From positions 1-59,258 of the IMG/VR virus record IMGVR_UViG_3300044805_000178: a stretch of 59,258 bases of DNA; one strand, written 5' to 3'. The stretch is from a virus. Lineage: Duplodnaviria > Caudoviricetes. Numbering within the stretch: position 1 is the first letter of the stretch; each line of letters opens with the position of its first letter. Position numbers and translations under genes: made by a program. This document shows, piece by piece, positions 17,117 through 27,041 of this stretch. The notes below the pieces were generated by a model. The model saw nothing but the letters and a program-made list of their open reading frames with translations, was not told the origin of the DNA and made no database searches.

Positions 17117-20031
17117 TGAGCAAGAAAAAAGTAACAGCACCTCTCACATATAATCCGGGGAAAGGCCGTCCCAAGGAATATCTTGCCTATCTCAATTATC
17201 AGGAGATGCAGGCACTTAAGCGTTTAAACGGAAATAATCAAGAAAGAGGCCCGAGAGGTCTTCCGTCCTTCCCGCCCGCTGGAGCAATGAGCGGTGGCTC
17301 CGCAAAGAGCCCCGCCTCCACAAGCAAGGCGGCAGGCGCAGGATCAAGGCCATCCAGCGGTGGCCGTGACGGTGGCATCAGAGATAGCGTTGGAGCGAAT
17401 CGACCATCATCTTCCGGGGCCAGCAGAGGAGATGTTGGTGGTCGCGACAGTGGCACCAGAGGTGGTGTAGGGGCAAATAGGCCATCATCTCCCGGGGTCA
17501 GCAGAGGAGATGTTGCTGGGCGTGATGGCGGTATCAGAAATGTTGCTGGGGCAAGCACACCTGATAAATCTGCAATAAGCTCTACAAACAGGACCAACAC
17601 AGTAAGCGCACAGAAGTCACCCGCATTCAAGGCTGATACGGGCCGCACGGTCAATGTCGGCCCTATGGGCACGCCTGTAAGTGTGAAGGCTCCTCCCGGT
17701 GGGAAGATCAAGGGGGCAATTCAAAGCGTAAAAGCTCCAGCACCTCCAAAGCAAGATGCGACCCGTGGGGTCACAGTTCCGACCGCGACAATTAAAACAA
17801 GCCAACCGCTTTCACCTTCAGCCGCAAGGGCTGCTATGGGCGATGTTGCGCCTACGCCTTCTATTTATAAGACGGTTGCGGATGCTGACAGGGCTATTGT
17901 GGCGAAGGCTACGCAAACATACAACCAGCGTTTTGGCACAAACTACACTCCCGATCAGTACAGTCGCCTTGCAAAAACAGTTGCTGGCGAGGCTGCTGGA
18001 GAAAGTGACTTTGGTAAAGCAGCCGTAGCAAACACATTTGGCAACAGAACGGCACTCGCCCAGCAGGAGGGAAGCCCCTACGGTTACATGGGCGGTGATG
18101 ATTTTGCTTCTCTCGCAGACCAGTACGATGCCTACAGGATGCAGAACGACCCCTACCGCGCCGCTGTTCCGGGCTCTAAAACATACCAGCAGGGTGTAAA
18201 CGCCATGTATCAGGCGATGAACCCAGAGAGCACATTCTCGAAAACGGCAAGCCCAAAGGTCTTGACAGCTACCCACTACTACAACCCTGCTGAAGTAAGG
18301 CGTGAGCCTGACTGGGCGGGCGATAAAACAAAGTTTGAGCGTGTTGGCTCCCATCTTTTTGGAACTGCGGAGGCCAGTCCAAAAGCTGTGTCTAAAGCAA
18401 GGGCTGAGCAGATTGCCCGCGCTGGCACAACAATTGTTCCCACTTCTTCTACGCCTGAAAGGGCTTTTGTTCCGGGTCTTATTAAGTATCCGGATCTTGC
18501 CCGCCCGCCGAGTGTGGGAAGAAGTGCCGTTGTGCCGACAAAAGATACAGCCGCCCAAGAAGCGGCCAGACTTCGCGGGCTGATGGAGTCTTATCAGCAG
18601 CCACCGGGATATGCCAAGAGGATCGTTGACAGGGCTCCAACTTATGATGGTGGCCCTCCGGAAAGCTTTGTTATATCTCCTAAGTACGAAAGGATTTCGT
18701 CAGATCCTACTTTAGAGGGGAAGAGGCTTAAGCAAACATACGACAGGCTCATACCTGAAGATCCCGTACTCAGGCAAAGAATGGGAGAAATTGCTGCACA
18801 ATCTCCGTCTTACTTTGTGCAGGGCGCGCCAGACGAGAGGATGCTCTATAATACATCCCAAAAGACTCTTGACCGAATGAATCAGGTTTTCGACAGGTCT
18901 CGTGGCATGTCTTATACACCGAGCCTTCCGGCTCAATCCAGTTATTTTGGAGATGTGCCAGATTTCAAGCCTTCTACGCCATCAAGGTCGTACTTCGGCG
19001 GTCTAAATGAAAGAGAAACTATATCTCCCTCAAGGTCGTATTTTGGCGACATCGATAATAGGACCGTGACAACTCCATCAAAGTCTTACTTTGGAGACAT
19101 TGGAGAAAGGGCAGTTACAACACCCTCAAGATCTTATTTTGGAGATATCGGGGACAGAACTGTAACTACACCTTCAAGGTCCTATTTCGGTGATTTTGGC
19201 AAACTTCCGACCGAAAAGCTTTCAAATGTTGAAGATGAACCAGAGATTTACGAAGGTGGGGTGCCAGAGGAGTATGCTGAAAAGTATGGTCTTGATGAGG
19301 AAGAATTTTATGGGCTCTTCGGTGAAGAGGCCGCAGATGCTGCAAAAAAAGCTGGCTTCCCGAAGAATGTTTATACAAATGAAGATTTCCTGAACGATCC
19401 AGATCAGCTTGGCCTCATGCGAGATGAAGTTACCACGCCCTTAAGTCCAGAAGACATGGCAAAAGTGGTGAACAGGTCTCGCGCGCTCAGATATGACGAT
19501 GTTGACCCATATTTGACGAACCCTGAAAAGGTGAGGGCAAAGGTTTCAGATGTGGTTGAGCGCATCGTTACTTTCGGTGCCCCGACAAAAGTGGCAGTGG
19601 GAACTGCCAAGAAGCTTATGTCGATTGAAAGCCCGGAGAAGTTTCTCTCTCGGCCTTCGTATGAGCAGCAAGCACTCTATGAATACGCCCGTGAGGCAAA
19701 CACAAGGTATAGGCCGGGTGAGACTGGAGTGCCACAGGTTGGTGGTCCGGGTAACTCTGGCGTAATAGGTGGTGGTTCAGGGCTTGGCGGTGATGGTCTT
19801 GGTGGTGGAGATAAAGGAAATTCTGGCATTGCCGCCCTTGTCAATAAGCCAAAGGGTGACGAAACAACGACCCCGACACCCGACACGCCGTCAACGCCTT
19901 CCGGACGCCGCCCCGACATCTATTACATGTGGGATCTTGGCATAAATATTCCATCTCCGAGTGATCCGAACTATAATCAGTATCAAACATACTTGGCTGA
20001 AAGGCTCGCGGCTCAGCGGGCAATTGGATAA
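17116..20031 (+). CDS. Large internal virion protein with a SleB-like cell-wall hydrolase domain and tandem repeats
   Basis: LAKTVAGEAAGES..GKAAVANT..NR, ATHYYNP, PDWA, VGSHLF. Confidence 0.8.
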   Translation: MSKKKVTAPLTYNPGKGRPKEYLAYLNYQEMQALKRLNGNNQERGPRGLPSFPPAGAMSGGSAKSPASTSKAAGAGSRPSSGGRDGGIRDSVGANRPSSSGASRGDVGGRDSGTRGGVGANRPSSPGVSRGDVAGRDGGIRNVAGASTPDKSAISSTNRTNTVSAQKSPAFKADTGRTVNVGPMGTPVSVKAPPGGKIKGAIQSVKAPAPPKQDATRGVTVPTATIKTSQPLSPSAARAAMGDVAPTPSIYKTVADADRAIVAKATQTYNQRFGTNYTPDQYSRLAKTVAGEAAGESDFGKAAVANTFGNRTALAQQEGSPYGYMGGDDFASLADQYDAYRMQNDPYRAAVPGSKTYQQGVNAMYQAMNPESTFSKTASPKVLTATHYYNPAEVRREPDWAGDKTKFERVGSHLFGTAEASPKAVSKARAEQIARAGTTIVPTSSTPERAFVPGLIKYPDLARPPSVGRSAVVPTKDTAAQEAARLRGLMESYQQPPGYAKRIVDRAPTYDGGPPESFVISPKYERISSDPTLEGKRLKQTYDRLIPEDPVLRQRMGEIAAQSPSYFVQGAPDERMLYNTSQKTLDRMNQVFDRSRGMSYTPSLPAQSSYFGDVPDFKPSTPSRSYFGGLNERETISPSRSYFGDIDNRTVTTPSKSYFGDIGERAVTTPSRSYFGDIGDRTVTTPSRSYFGDFGKLPTEKLSNVEDEPEIYEGGVPEEYAEKYGLDEEEFYGLFGEEAADAAKKAGFPKNVYTNEDFLNDPDQLGLMRDEVTTPLSPEDMAKVVNRSRALRYDDVDPYLTNPEKVRAKVSDVVERIVTFGAPTKVAVGTAKKLMSIESPEKFLSRPSYEQQALYEYAREANTRYRPGETGVPQVGGPGNSGVIGGGSGLGGDGLGGGDKGNSGIAALVNKPKGDETTTPTPDTPSTPSGRRPDIYYMWDLGINIPSPSDPNYNQYQTYLAERLAAQRAIG
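18934..19200 (+). repeat. Six 48-bp/16-aa tandem repeats (S[RK]SYFGD core)
   Basis: Visible in the translation. Confidence 0.9.
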
Positions 20032-20036
20032 ATTTA

Positions 20037-20177
20037 ATGTTGAATAAGCAGTCTATTGGTGCCGTTGTGACTCTCTACAAGACTAAGCACCGCCGCAGGG
20101 CAAAGCCTTTGCATCTTCGGGGTTCTAAAAAGCTTGGCCCGAAGAGCGGTGATAGGGGCAACAGGGGAAGCTTTTAA
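20037..20177 (+). CDS. 46-aa basic ORF (below the ORF-track cutoff)
   Basis: MLNKQSIGAVVTLYKTKHRRRAKPLHLRGSKKLGPKSGDRGNRGSF. Confidence 0.5.
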   Translation: MLNKQSIGAVVTLYKTKHRRRAKPLHLRGSKKLGPKSGDRGNRGSF

Positions 20178-20262
20178 CGAAGTCGGGCGGTGAGCGTTTG
20201 GGTAGGCGGCTCCTTTAATCGGCGGATGCCTCTTGGAGCGGGGCTCACATTAAGGTTTAAAC

Positions 20263-20964
20263 ATGACAACAAGCGGCACAACAACTTGGGACCCCGATAT
20301 TGGGGAGATCGTGGAAGAGGCGTTCGAGAGAGCGGGCCTCGAACTCCGCTCTGGCTACGACCTTAAAACGGCTCGCCGCAGCCTTAATTTCCTTTTGACC
20401 GAGTGGGCAAACAAGGGTTTAAATCTTTGGACTGTTGCTTCCGGCACTCTCACACTTGTGCCGGGTCAAAAAACCTACACCACCGCTGATGGTCTCCCGG
20501 CTGACGCTGTGGATTATATTGAGCATTTAACTCGCACAAGCAGTGCGGGAATTCCCACCGATATTTCGCTCAACCGCATTTCTGTATCGACTTATGCCAA
20601 CATCCCCACAAAGGAGCAAACTGGCAGGCCGTATCAGATCTACGTCAATAGGGCGACATCCTCGCCGCAAATCACGCTGTGGCCTGTCCCTGACTCCAGC
20701 ACGCCATACACGCTGGCTTATTGGTATCTGAAGCGACTTGACGATGCCACCAATCCTATCAGCCAAACCATTCAAGTGCCGTTCCGGTTCTACAACGCCC
20801 TAGCTGCGGGGTTGGCATACCACATCGCGCTCAAGCGTCCCGAGGCTCAGGACCGCATTTCGATGCTCAAGGACCTCTATGATGAGGCTTTCCAGCTTGC
20901 GGCTGACGAAGATCGTGATCGCTCCAGTGTACGGTTTACACCATTTGTGGGGTATAATTTCTAA
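20263..20964 (+). CDS. Head-tail adaptor/tail tubular-like protein
   Basis: EIVEEAFERAG..TARRSLN..EWAN, LWPVPD, VPFRF..ALAAGLAY. Confidence 0.75.
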   Translation: MTTSGTTTWDPDIGEIVEEAFERAGLELRSGYDLKTARRSLNFLLTEWANKGLNLWTVASGTLTLVPGQKTYTTADGLPADAVDYIEHLTRTSSAGIPTDISLNRISVSTYANIPTKEQTGRPYQIYVNRATSSPQITLWPVPDSSTPYTLAYWYLKRLDDATNPISQTIQVPFRFYNALAAGLAYHIALKRPEAQDRISMLKDLYDEAFQLAADEDRDRSSVRFTPFVGYNF

Positions 20965-21320
20965 TGAGTGTACCGTATGCAAGAGGTAGGCGGGCGTTCG
21001 GTTTCTGCGACACCTGCGGCCAGCGTTACGACCTCAACGAGCTTAAAGTTCAGGTTGTCGCGGGTCGCGCAACCAACCTCAAGAATTGCACCTATTGCCT
21101 CGACAAGGACCATCCGCAGTACTTCATTGGCCGCGTTCCGATTAATGACCCAATTGCGCTTCTTAATCCCCGCCCAGACACTGCTCAGGTAGAGAGCCGA
21201 GAGCTTTGGGGCTGGAACCCCGTTGGAAACCCCGCAGTTTACGCCACAGGACAGGTTGGGATTATCTCTCTTGTTATTAATGGCGTTAAGAGCCAAGTCA
21301 CCTACTCAGGTGAGATGTAA
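20964..21320 (+). CDS. Cys-containing neck-module protein
   Basis: CDTCG...CTYCLDKDHPQ..NPRPD. Confidence 0.7.
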   Translation: MSVPYARGRRAFGFCDTCGQRYDLNELKVQVVAGRATNLKNCTYCLDKDHPQYFIGRVPINDPIALLNPRPDTAQVESRELWGWNPVGNPAVYATGQVGIISLVINGVKSQVTYSGEM

Positions 21321-21337
21321 AGAAAGAAAGAAATAAA

Positions 21338-22369
21338 ATGCATAAGAAGAAGCCCATCGGCTACAGCAAGAAAGACACTTCAGAGATGAAGGCGCTCATT
21401 GAGCGCACAGAGCCCAAGTCTGGCGACTATGTTGGTTCCGGCACTGTCACAACTGTGCCGAAGAAGAAAAAGAAGATGAAGCGTATGATGGACGGCGGTA
21501 TGGCCAACGCAATGATGCAGCGCGGCACACAGCCGAATGAACGCGGCCCCATCAAGGGTGCCCCTGACTACACAACGATGCCGATTCGTGGCCCGGGTGG
21601 AAAGGGCTCTGAGTCGCCCGGTATGCCCAAGACGGGCGGCATGACTCGTGACGCGCGGATGACCAAGCGGATTCAGGAGAAGTTTGGAAAGATGTCTTCG
21701 CGCTTCCCGGGATACAAGCCCGAACTCGCAAGCCCGGTTGACACCCGCGATGAGCTTAAGTCTTATCGGATGGGCCTCCGTGATTACAGGAAGGCAAACC
21801 CCGGAATCAATCCTGTGCGTGGTCCGGGTGGTCGGATTCGTGGCGGCGGTGGTGTTCCTGTTCAGGGTCCGGGTGGTGTTGTGGTGCCGCCGCTGCGTGA
21901 TTCAACCACCGGATTGCCCGCAGCAATCGCGCAGCGAAGGTCTGTGCCGCCCATGCGCCCGGATGGAAAGGGCTCTGAGTCGCCCGGTATGCCCAAGAAA
22001 TTAGACTTCGGTCGCGGGACAAACATCCAAATTGGTGGTGGTGGAAGAACTCCGGGAATACGCGGGGTGTCGGATGCTCCGGGACGCATTAACCCTGATT
22101 ACGCTCGAAATCGTGCTGGGATTCCTTCTATTGCCCAGATTGAAAGCAAGCCTATTTCTGGCATGAGGCCAGATCCGGTGACGGGGCGGTTGCCCACGCC
22201 AGTCCCCAAGGTTGACATGACAGCACCGCGTCAGCCGGGACAGAAAGGTTATGGCATGAAGGGCGGTGGCCTTGCTCGTAAGGGCGTTGGTATGGCTCTC
22301 GCCAAGGGTGGCCTTGTGAAGGCGAATGGCTGCGCTAAGCGCGGTAAGACAAAGGGAAGGATGGTATAA
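21338..22369 (+). CDS. Basic Gly/Pro/Arg-rich protein with xxGG motifs
   Basis: MMDGG, MKGGG, LAKGG; ends GCAKRGKTKGRMV; internal 34-bp direct repeat. Confidence 0.75.
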   Translation: MHKKKPIGYSKKDTSEMKALIERTEPKSGDYVGSGTVTTVPKKKKKMKRMMDGGMANAMMQRGTQPNERGPIKGAPDYTTMPIRGPGGKGSESPGMPKTGGMTRDARMTKRIQEKFGKMSSRFPGYKPELASPVDTRDELKSYRMGLRDYRKANPGINPVRGPGGRIRGGGGVPVQGPGGVVVPPLRDSTTGLPAAIAQRRSVPPMRPDGKGSESPGMPKKLDFGRGTNIQIGGGGRTPGIRGVSDAPGRINPDYARNRAGIPSIAQIESKPISGMRPDPVTGRLPTPVPKVDMTAPRQPGQKGYGMKGGGLARKGVGMALAKGGLVKANGCAKRGKTKGRMV

Positions 22370-22536
22370 TGGCAAAGCAGAACGCACGGCTCAAGCTTCC
22401 CTCCGATGCCACAGTTGAGAATGGCATGAGGCGGGGTGTGAATGTGGGCAATATGAAGGTGCTGAAGAAGCCACTCAAGATGCGTGGCGGCGGTGCTGCC
22501 ACACGGGGTTTGAAGATCTCGGAGAAGCAGGGCTAA
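22369..22536 (+). CDS. 55-aa basic ORF (MRGGGAATRG)
   Basis: TAATG coupling; stop 1 nt before the next gene. Confidence 0.7.
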   Translation: MAKQNARLKLPSDATVENGMRRGVNVGNMKVLKKPLKMRGGGAATRGLKISEKQG

Positions 22537-22537
22537 C

Positions 22538-23182
22538 ATGTCCTTCACCTACGCACAGCTTGTAGACGCCATCCACGGGTATCTCCAAACAGATGCCAAT
22601 GGTGTTCCTACTGCCGATATGAACACAATCATTCGGCAGGCGGAGCAACGTATCTATTATGATGTGCAGATCCCTGTTCTGAAGAAGAACGTGACGGGGA
22701 CATTATCAAGCGGCAACCGCTACCTCTCCACCCCAACAGACTACCTCGCCACATATTCAATTGCTGTGAATAACAACGGCAATTATGAATACCTCCTGCC
22801 AAAGGATGTGGCGTTCATGCGCGAAGCCTATCCATCTACAACAACCACTGGTGTGCCGCGCTACTACTCTCTCTTCGACAACGACACGATCCTTCTTGGG
22901 CCTCCGCCAAACTCAAACTACGAAGTTGAGCTTCATTACTTCTATGAGCCTCAGTCGATTGTGGAGGCAACATCCGGCACATGGCTGAGTGAGAACGCCG
23001 AAACCGCCCTTTTGTATGGATGTTTATTCGAGGCTTATTCCTACCTGAAGGGTGAAGCGGATCTTATCTCGCTCTACGCAGGAAGATACAAGGAAGCTAT
23101 CGAGGCTCTTAAGGTTATTGGTGAAGGCCGCAACCGCTCCGACACTTACCGTAACAATGAACCAAGGATTGTGCCGAATTGA
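22538..23182 (+). CDS. Head-tail adaptor protein (putative)
   Basis: IRQAEQRI, TGVPRYY, LGPPPNSNY, TWLS..ALLYGCL.EA. Confidence 0.75.
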   Translation: MSFTYAQLVDAIHGYLQTDANGVPTADMNTIIRQAEQRIYYDVQIPVLKKNVTGTLSSGNRYLSTPTDYLATYSIAVNNNGNYEYLLPKDVAFMREAYPSTTTTGVPRYYSLFDNDTILLGPPPNSNYEVELHYFYEPQSIVEATSGTWLSENAETALLYGCLFEAYSYLKGEADLISLYAGRYKEAIEALKVIGEGRNRSDTYRNNEPRIVPN

Positions 23183-23463
23183 ATCAAGGTTTTGGGGCCG
23201 TTGGGTCTTTTCTTGTAAGAACCACAAATGAGCGGGGCTTCACGGTTGAGGAGGTCGCAGAAGATCTTCTCAACAAGCTTATCTTCATTTCGAGCGAGTC
23301 TCATCCTGCCATTCGCGAACAAGCGATTGCGTTCAAGGATCAGATCCGCCCCGTGATTACCCACTACATGAAACAGGCTGTAAGGTCAGACAGAACCACG
23401 CTGGCAGCGCAGCTTTCAAGCCAAGGCCATATTGACATGGCCGAAATTATAAGGAAACTCTGA
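23179..23463 (+). CDS. Hypothetical protein
   Basis: HPAIREQA.AF..AVRSDRTT pattern; coupled to neighbours. Confidence 0.65.
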   Translation: MNQGFGAVGSFLVRTTNERGFTVEEVAEDLLNKLIFISSESHPAIREQAIAFKDQIRPVITHYMKQAVRSDRTTLAAQLSSQGHIDMAEIIRKL

Positions 23464-23891
23464 TGGCCATCTCCACAGCTATGTGTACATCGTTCAAGTC
23501 CGAACTTATGTCGGCACTGCACGACTTCGACAACCCCGGCGGCAACACCTTCAAGATCGCGCTCTATACTTCATCCGCCACACTTGGTGCCACCACCACA
23601 GTTTATGCCGCAACAAACGAGGTATCAGGCACAAACTACACTGCTGGTGGCAACACTCTCACCGCAGTGAGCCCGACCACCTCCGGCACCACAGCCTTTG
23701 TGGACTTTGCCGACACAACTTGGTCTTCCTCCACAATCACAGCCAATGGTTGCTTGATCTATAACAACACGAACGCAAACCGCGCTGTTGTGTCGCTTGC
23801 CTTTGGCTCTGACAAGTCTTCTTCAAACGGCGACTTCCAGATCGTGTTCCCCACAGCAAACGCCACTGACGCGATCATCCGCATCGCCTAA
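23463..23891 (+). CDS. Tail structural protein
   Basis: MAISTAMCTSFK, FKIALY, YTAGGNTL, AIIRIA. Confidence 0.75.
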   Translation: MAISTAMCTSFKSELMSALHDFDNPGGNTFKIALYTSSATLGATTTVYAATNEVSGTNYTAGGNTLTAVSPTTSGTTAFVDFADTTWSSSTITANGCLIYNNTNANRAVVSLAFGSDKSSSNGDFQIVFPTANATDAIIRIA

Positions 23892-23904
23892 GAAAGTTTA
23901 AACA

Positions 23905-24873
23905 ATGCCGGGCGTAGTTGTCCCATTTCAGGGTTGGGGCTCGTTCGGCTGGGGCGAGGCCCCGTGGGGGTACTCCGGTATCCTCAACACTGGTGCAACG
24001 GGCTCTGTTGGGTCTGTCACTGTATCCGCCAAGGCTGTTGTCCCTGTAACAGGTGTTTCGGCAACAGGCTCAGTGGGTGCAGTCACCGTCAAGGTGAACG
24101 TCAATATTTCCGTCACTGGTGTGACGGGGACTGGACAGGTTGGCACTGTCAACGTGGTTGGCCGCGCCATTGTCCCCGTGACAGGCGTTTCTGCGACTGG
24201 TTCGGCTGGAACAGTTGTCGCAAAGGGCGGCGCAGTTGTTTCTGTTACGGGCCTTCAAGCCACAGGGGCTGTTGGAACTGTAACGATCCAGCAGCCTGCG
24301 ATCGTTCCTGTGACTGGCGTTGGATCGTCGGGCAGCGCAGGGACTGTTGAGGTTAAAACAAACTCAATCATCCCCGTAAGCGGGGTTTCTGCCACAGGCT
24401 CCGTTGGGTCGGTCGGTGTTGTGGCAAAAGCCAACACACCTGTAACCGGGGTCTCTGCTGACGGTCAGGTCGGGGCCGTAGAAATCTCCACGGATCAAGT
24501 AATTACCGTGAGTGGCGTCTCTGCCACAACAGCGGTCGGCAGTGTTATAATCATAATAAACTCCATCACACCTGTGGCTGGGGTTTCCGCTACCGGGGCG
24601 GTTGGAGATGTCTTTGTAAAATGTGGCATTACGGTCGATGTCACGGGCGTTCAGGCCACAGGTTATGTGAATGATAACCTTCTTATCTGGAGCCTCATCG
24701 ACACGAACCAGACCCCCGATTGGACTGGAATTTCAGATGGTCAAACCCCGAATTGGACGCCCATCTCTGGCAGTCAAACCCCCGGATGGGTATCGGTTGT
24801 TGATTCTCAAACCCCGAATTGGACGCCAATCAACGACTCAGATTCTGTAACTTGGACGCAAATAGCGGCATAG
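23905..24873 (+). CDS. Repetitive fibre/whisker-like protein (VTGVSATGSVG repeats)
   Basis: About 11 repeats of ~22 aa plus five C-terminal QTPxW-type repeats. Confidence 0.75.
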   Translation: MPGVVVPFQGWGSFGWGEAPWGYSGILNTGATGSVGSVTVSAKAVVPVTGVSATGSVGAVTVKVNVNISVTGVTGTGQVGTVNVVGRAIVPVTGVSATGSAGTVVAKGGAVVSVTGLQATGAVGTVTIQQPAIVPVTGVGSSGSAGTVEVKTNSIIPVSGVSATGSVGSVGVVAKANTPVTGVSADGQVGAVEISTDQVITVSGVSATTAVGSVIIIINSITPVAGVSATGAVGDVFVKCGITVDVTGVQATGYVNDNLLIWSLIDTNQTPDWTGISDGQTPNWTPISGSQTPGWVSVVDSQTPNWTPINDSDSVTWTQIAA

Positions 24874-24877
24874 GAAA

Positions 24878-26479
24878 ATGGCATCAACTTATTCTCCCAA
24901 TCTTCGCCTTGAACTGATCGGTACTGGTGAACAGCAGGGCACATGGGGCTCTACCACCAATACCAACCTCGGCACTCTCCTTGAAGAGGCTATCGGCGGT
25001 TATGTTTCTGTTGCTGTAACGGATGGTGCCGACACCACTCTCACGACAAGCAATGGCTCCGCAGACCAATCCCGCAACATGGTGATCAATCTTACGGGTG
25101 CTCTCACAGCCACACGCAATGTGATTTGCCCCGCGATTGAAAAGCTCTATGTGGTGAAGAATGCTACCACTGGTGGTTTTGCCGTTACGTTCAAGGTTAG
25201 TGGCCAAACTGGTGTGAGCATTCCAAATGGCTCCACCTACTTCCTCTATGTTGACGGCACAGATGCCCGCCTGATTAATGGGACCATTGCGGCTCAGAAC
25301 TCAAATAATGTGAGCATCACGGGCGGCTCGATTTCTGGTGCCACTGTATCGAATTCATCTCTATCGAATGTCTCGGTTGTGGCGAATGCTTCCAGCCTGA
25401 GCGTGAGAGATAGTGATGGATCGAATATCCTTTCGATTGCCGTTGGGTCAAACCTCACATCCAACACAATCCTTACCCTCACCACTGGCGCGACATCAAA
25501 CAGAACGCTTGATATCTCTGCCTCGAACGTGACGGTATCGATTGCTGGCGCGGCTCTTATCGATGACGCGGATGCCTCCGCTCAGCGCACCACTCTCGGT
25601 CTCGGAACAATCGCGACACAGAATGCGAACGCAGTAAGCATTACTGGCGGCTCCGTAACTGGCATCACGGACTTGGCCCTCGCAGACGGCGGCACTGGCG
25701 CAAGTCTTACTGACCCCGCTGCAAACGCCGTTCTTGGCTGGAACGACACAGCCAATGTGATGAGATTCTTTACTGCTGGCACAGGCATCACAATCAACGC
25801 CACATCAAACACCATCTCCTCCACAGTATCCACAAGCGGAGCTTTGATACGAGCCCCGCAGATCCTCACATCCGGCACAAGCTACACAACGCCAGCAGGG
25901 TGCAACAGCATCTATGTTGAGGCTGTCGGTGGGGGCGGTGGTGGCGGAGGCGCAAACGGCTCGAACACTCAATCCGAAGGTGGTGGCGGCGGCGGCTCAG
26001 GGGCTTACGCGGCAAAGTATTTCACCGTCTCCCCGTCCACTCCCTACACCTACGCTATTGGCGCAAGTGGAACAGCGGGTACAAGCAGCGGCTCGGGCGG
26101 CAGTGGTGGAAATACCACATTCACAGTTGGAGTAACAACTCTTACATCGAATGGTGGTGCAGGAGGAAGTAGAGGCTTTAATAGTGCTTCGGGTGCTGGT
26201 GGTGCTGGTGGTGCTGCGTCAAACGGGGACTTGAACGTAACAGGGTCCGCTGGCTCAGGCGGAGTTGGGTCAGCAGCAACAGCTATTACCCTCGCTGCGG
26301 GTGGCTCTGGAGGTAGTTCTTTTTTTGGTGGCAGTGGGCGCGGAGGCACCGATGAAACTGCCGGGACCGCAGGTTCATCTGGATCTGGCGGTGGCGGAGG
26401 CGCGGAAACGAATGATAACGGCGGGACTTCTGGTGGTGCAGGCGGCGCTGGCCTTATCCGAATTTGGGAGTACACATAA
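24878..26479 (+). CDS. Tail fibre protein with a Gly-rich C-terminal domain
   Basis: MASTYSPNLRLELIGTGEQ..WG.TTN anchor; LGLGTIATQ; VGGGGGG domain. Confidence 0.82.
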   Translation: MASTYSPNLRLELIGTGEQQGTWGSTTNTNLGTLLEEAIGGYVSVAVTDGADTTLTTSNGSADQSRNMVINLTGALTATRNVICPAIEKLYVVKNATTGGFAVTFKVSGQTGVSIPNGSTYFLYVDGTDARLINGTIAAQNSNNVSITGGSISGATVSNSSLSNVSVVANASSLSVRDSDGSNILSIAVGSNLTSNTILTLTTGATSNRTLDISASNVTVSIAGAALIDDADASAQRTTLGLGTIATQNANAVSITGGSVTGITDLALADGGTGASLTDPAANAVLGWNDTANVMRFFTAGTGITINATSNTISSTVSTSGALIRAPQILTSGTSYTTPAGCNSIYVEAVGGGGGGGGANGSNTQSEGGGGGGSGAYAAKYFTVSPSTPYTYAIGASGTAGTSSGSGGSGGNTTFTVGVTTLTSNGGAGGSRGFNSASGAGGAGGAASNGDLNVTGSAGSGGVGSAATAITLAAGGSGGSSFFGGSGRGGTDETAGTAGSSGSGGGGGAETNDNGGTSGGAGGAGLIRIWEYT

Positions 26480-26661
26480 TGCGGTGTGCATTGATAAATC
26501 AATCAACCAATATTGTTGAAAATATTATTGTGGCAGACCCTTCTGTGGACCCTGCTCCGGATGGATATTTGATCATCGGATTACCGGAAGATAGCCCTGT
26601 TGCCATAGGCTGGGTTTATGATCCGGCAACTGGTCAGTTTTCCGAACCAATTCAAAATTAA
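26479..26661 (+). CDS. Tail fibre assembly-type small protein
   Basis: IVENIIVAD..IGWVYD..F. Confidence 0.7.
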   Translation: MRCALINQSTNIVENIIVADPSVDPAPDGYLIIGLPEDSPVAIGWVYDPATGQFSEPIQN

Positions 26662-26674
26662 ACAGGCAAAATAA

Positions 26675-27031
26675 ATGATCGAAGAACTCATCGCAATGGT
26701 GTTTCGGACTCGTAACCAAGCGCATCTCGCGCATTGGAAGACGAAATCCTATGCTGAGCATCAGGCTCTTGGATCGTTTTATGATGACCTTATCGACGCC
26801 CTCGACAAGCTTGTAGAGGCTTGTCAGGGCTCGAAGGGGATCATCGGTCACGTTGATCTGTCCTGTAAGGATGAGTCTGTGGAGATCATCAAGTGCCTCA
26901 CAGATGATGCCAACTGGATTTCCCGCAATCGCGCCAAGATCGGTCATGGTGTCCCGGCACTCGAAAACATCCTTGACGAGATTGTCGGTATTTATCTCAC
27001 CACCCTCTACAAACTGAAGAACCTTTCTTAA
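26675..27031 (+). CDS. Ferritin/Dps-like protein (DUF5856-like)
   Basis: HLAHWKTKSYAEHQALGSFYD..D.LVE; TLYKLKNL. Confidence 0.75.
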   Translation: MIEELIAMVFRTRNQAHLAHWKTKSYAEHQALGSFYDDLIDALDKLVEACQGSKGIIGHVDLSCKDESVEIIKCLTDDANWISRNRAKIGHGVPALENILDEIVGIYLTTLYKLKNLS

Positions 27032-27041
27032 GGGCATTTAA

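Noticed and set aside
18934-19200. Regularly spaced repeats as a CRISPR array
   Set aside because: In-frame 48-bp coding repeats with synonymous divergence and no unique spacers; no cas operon (the Cas4-like gene sits with ERF/SSB)
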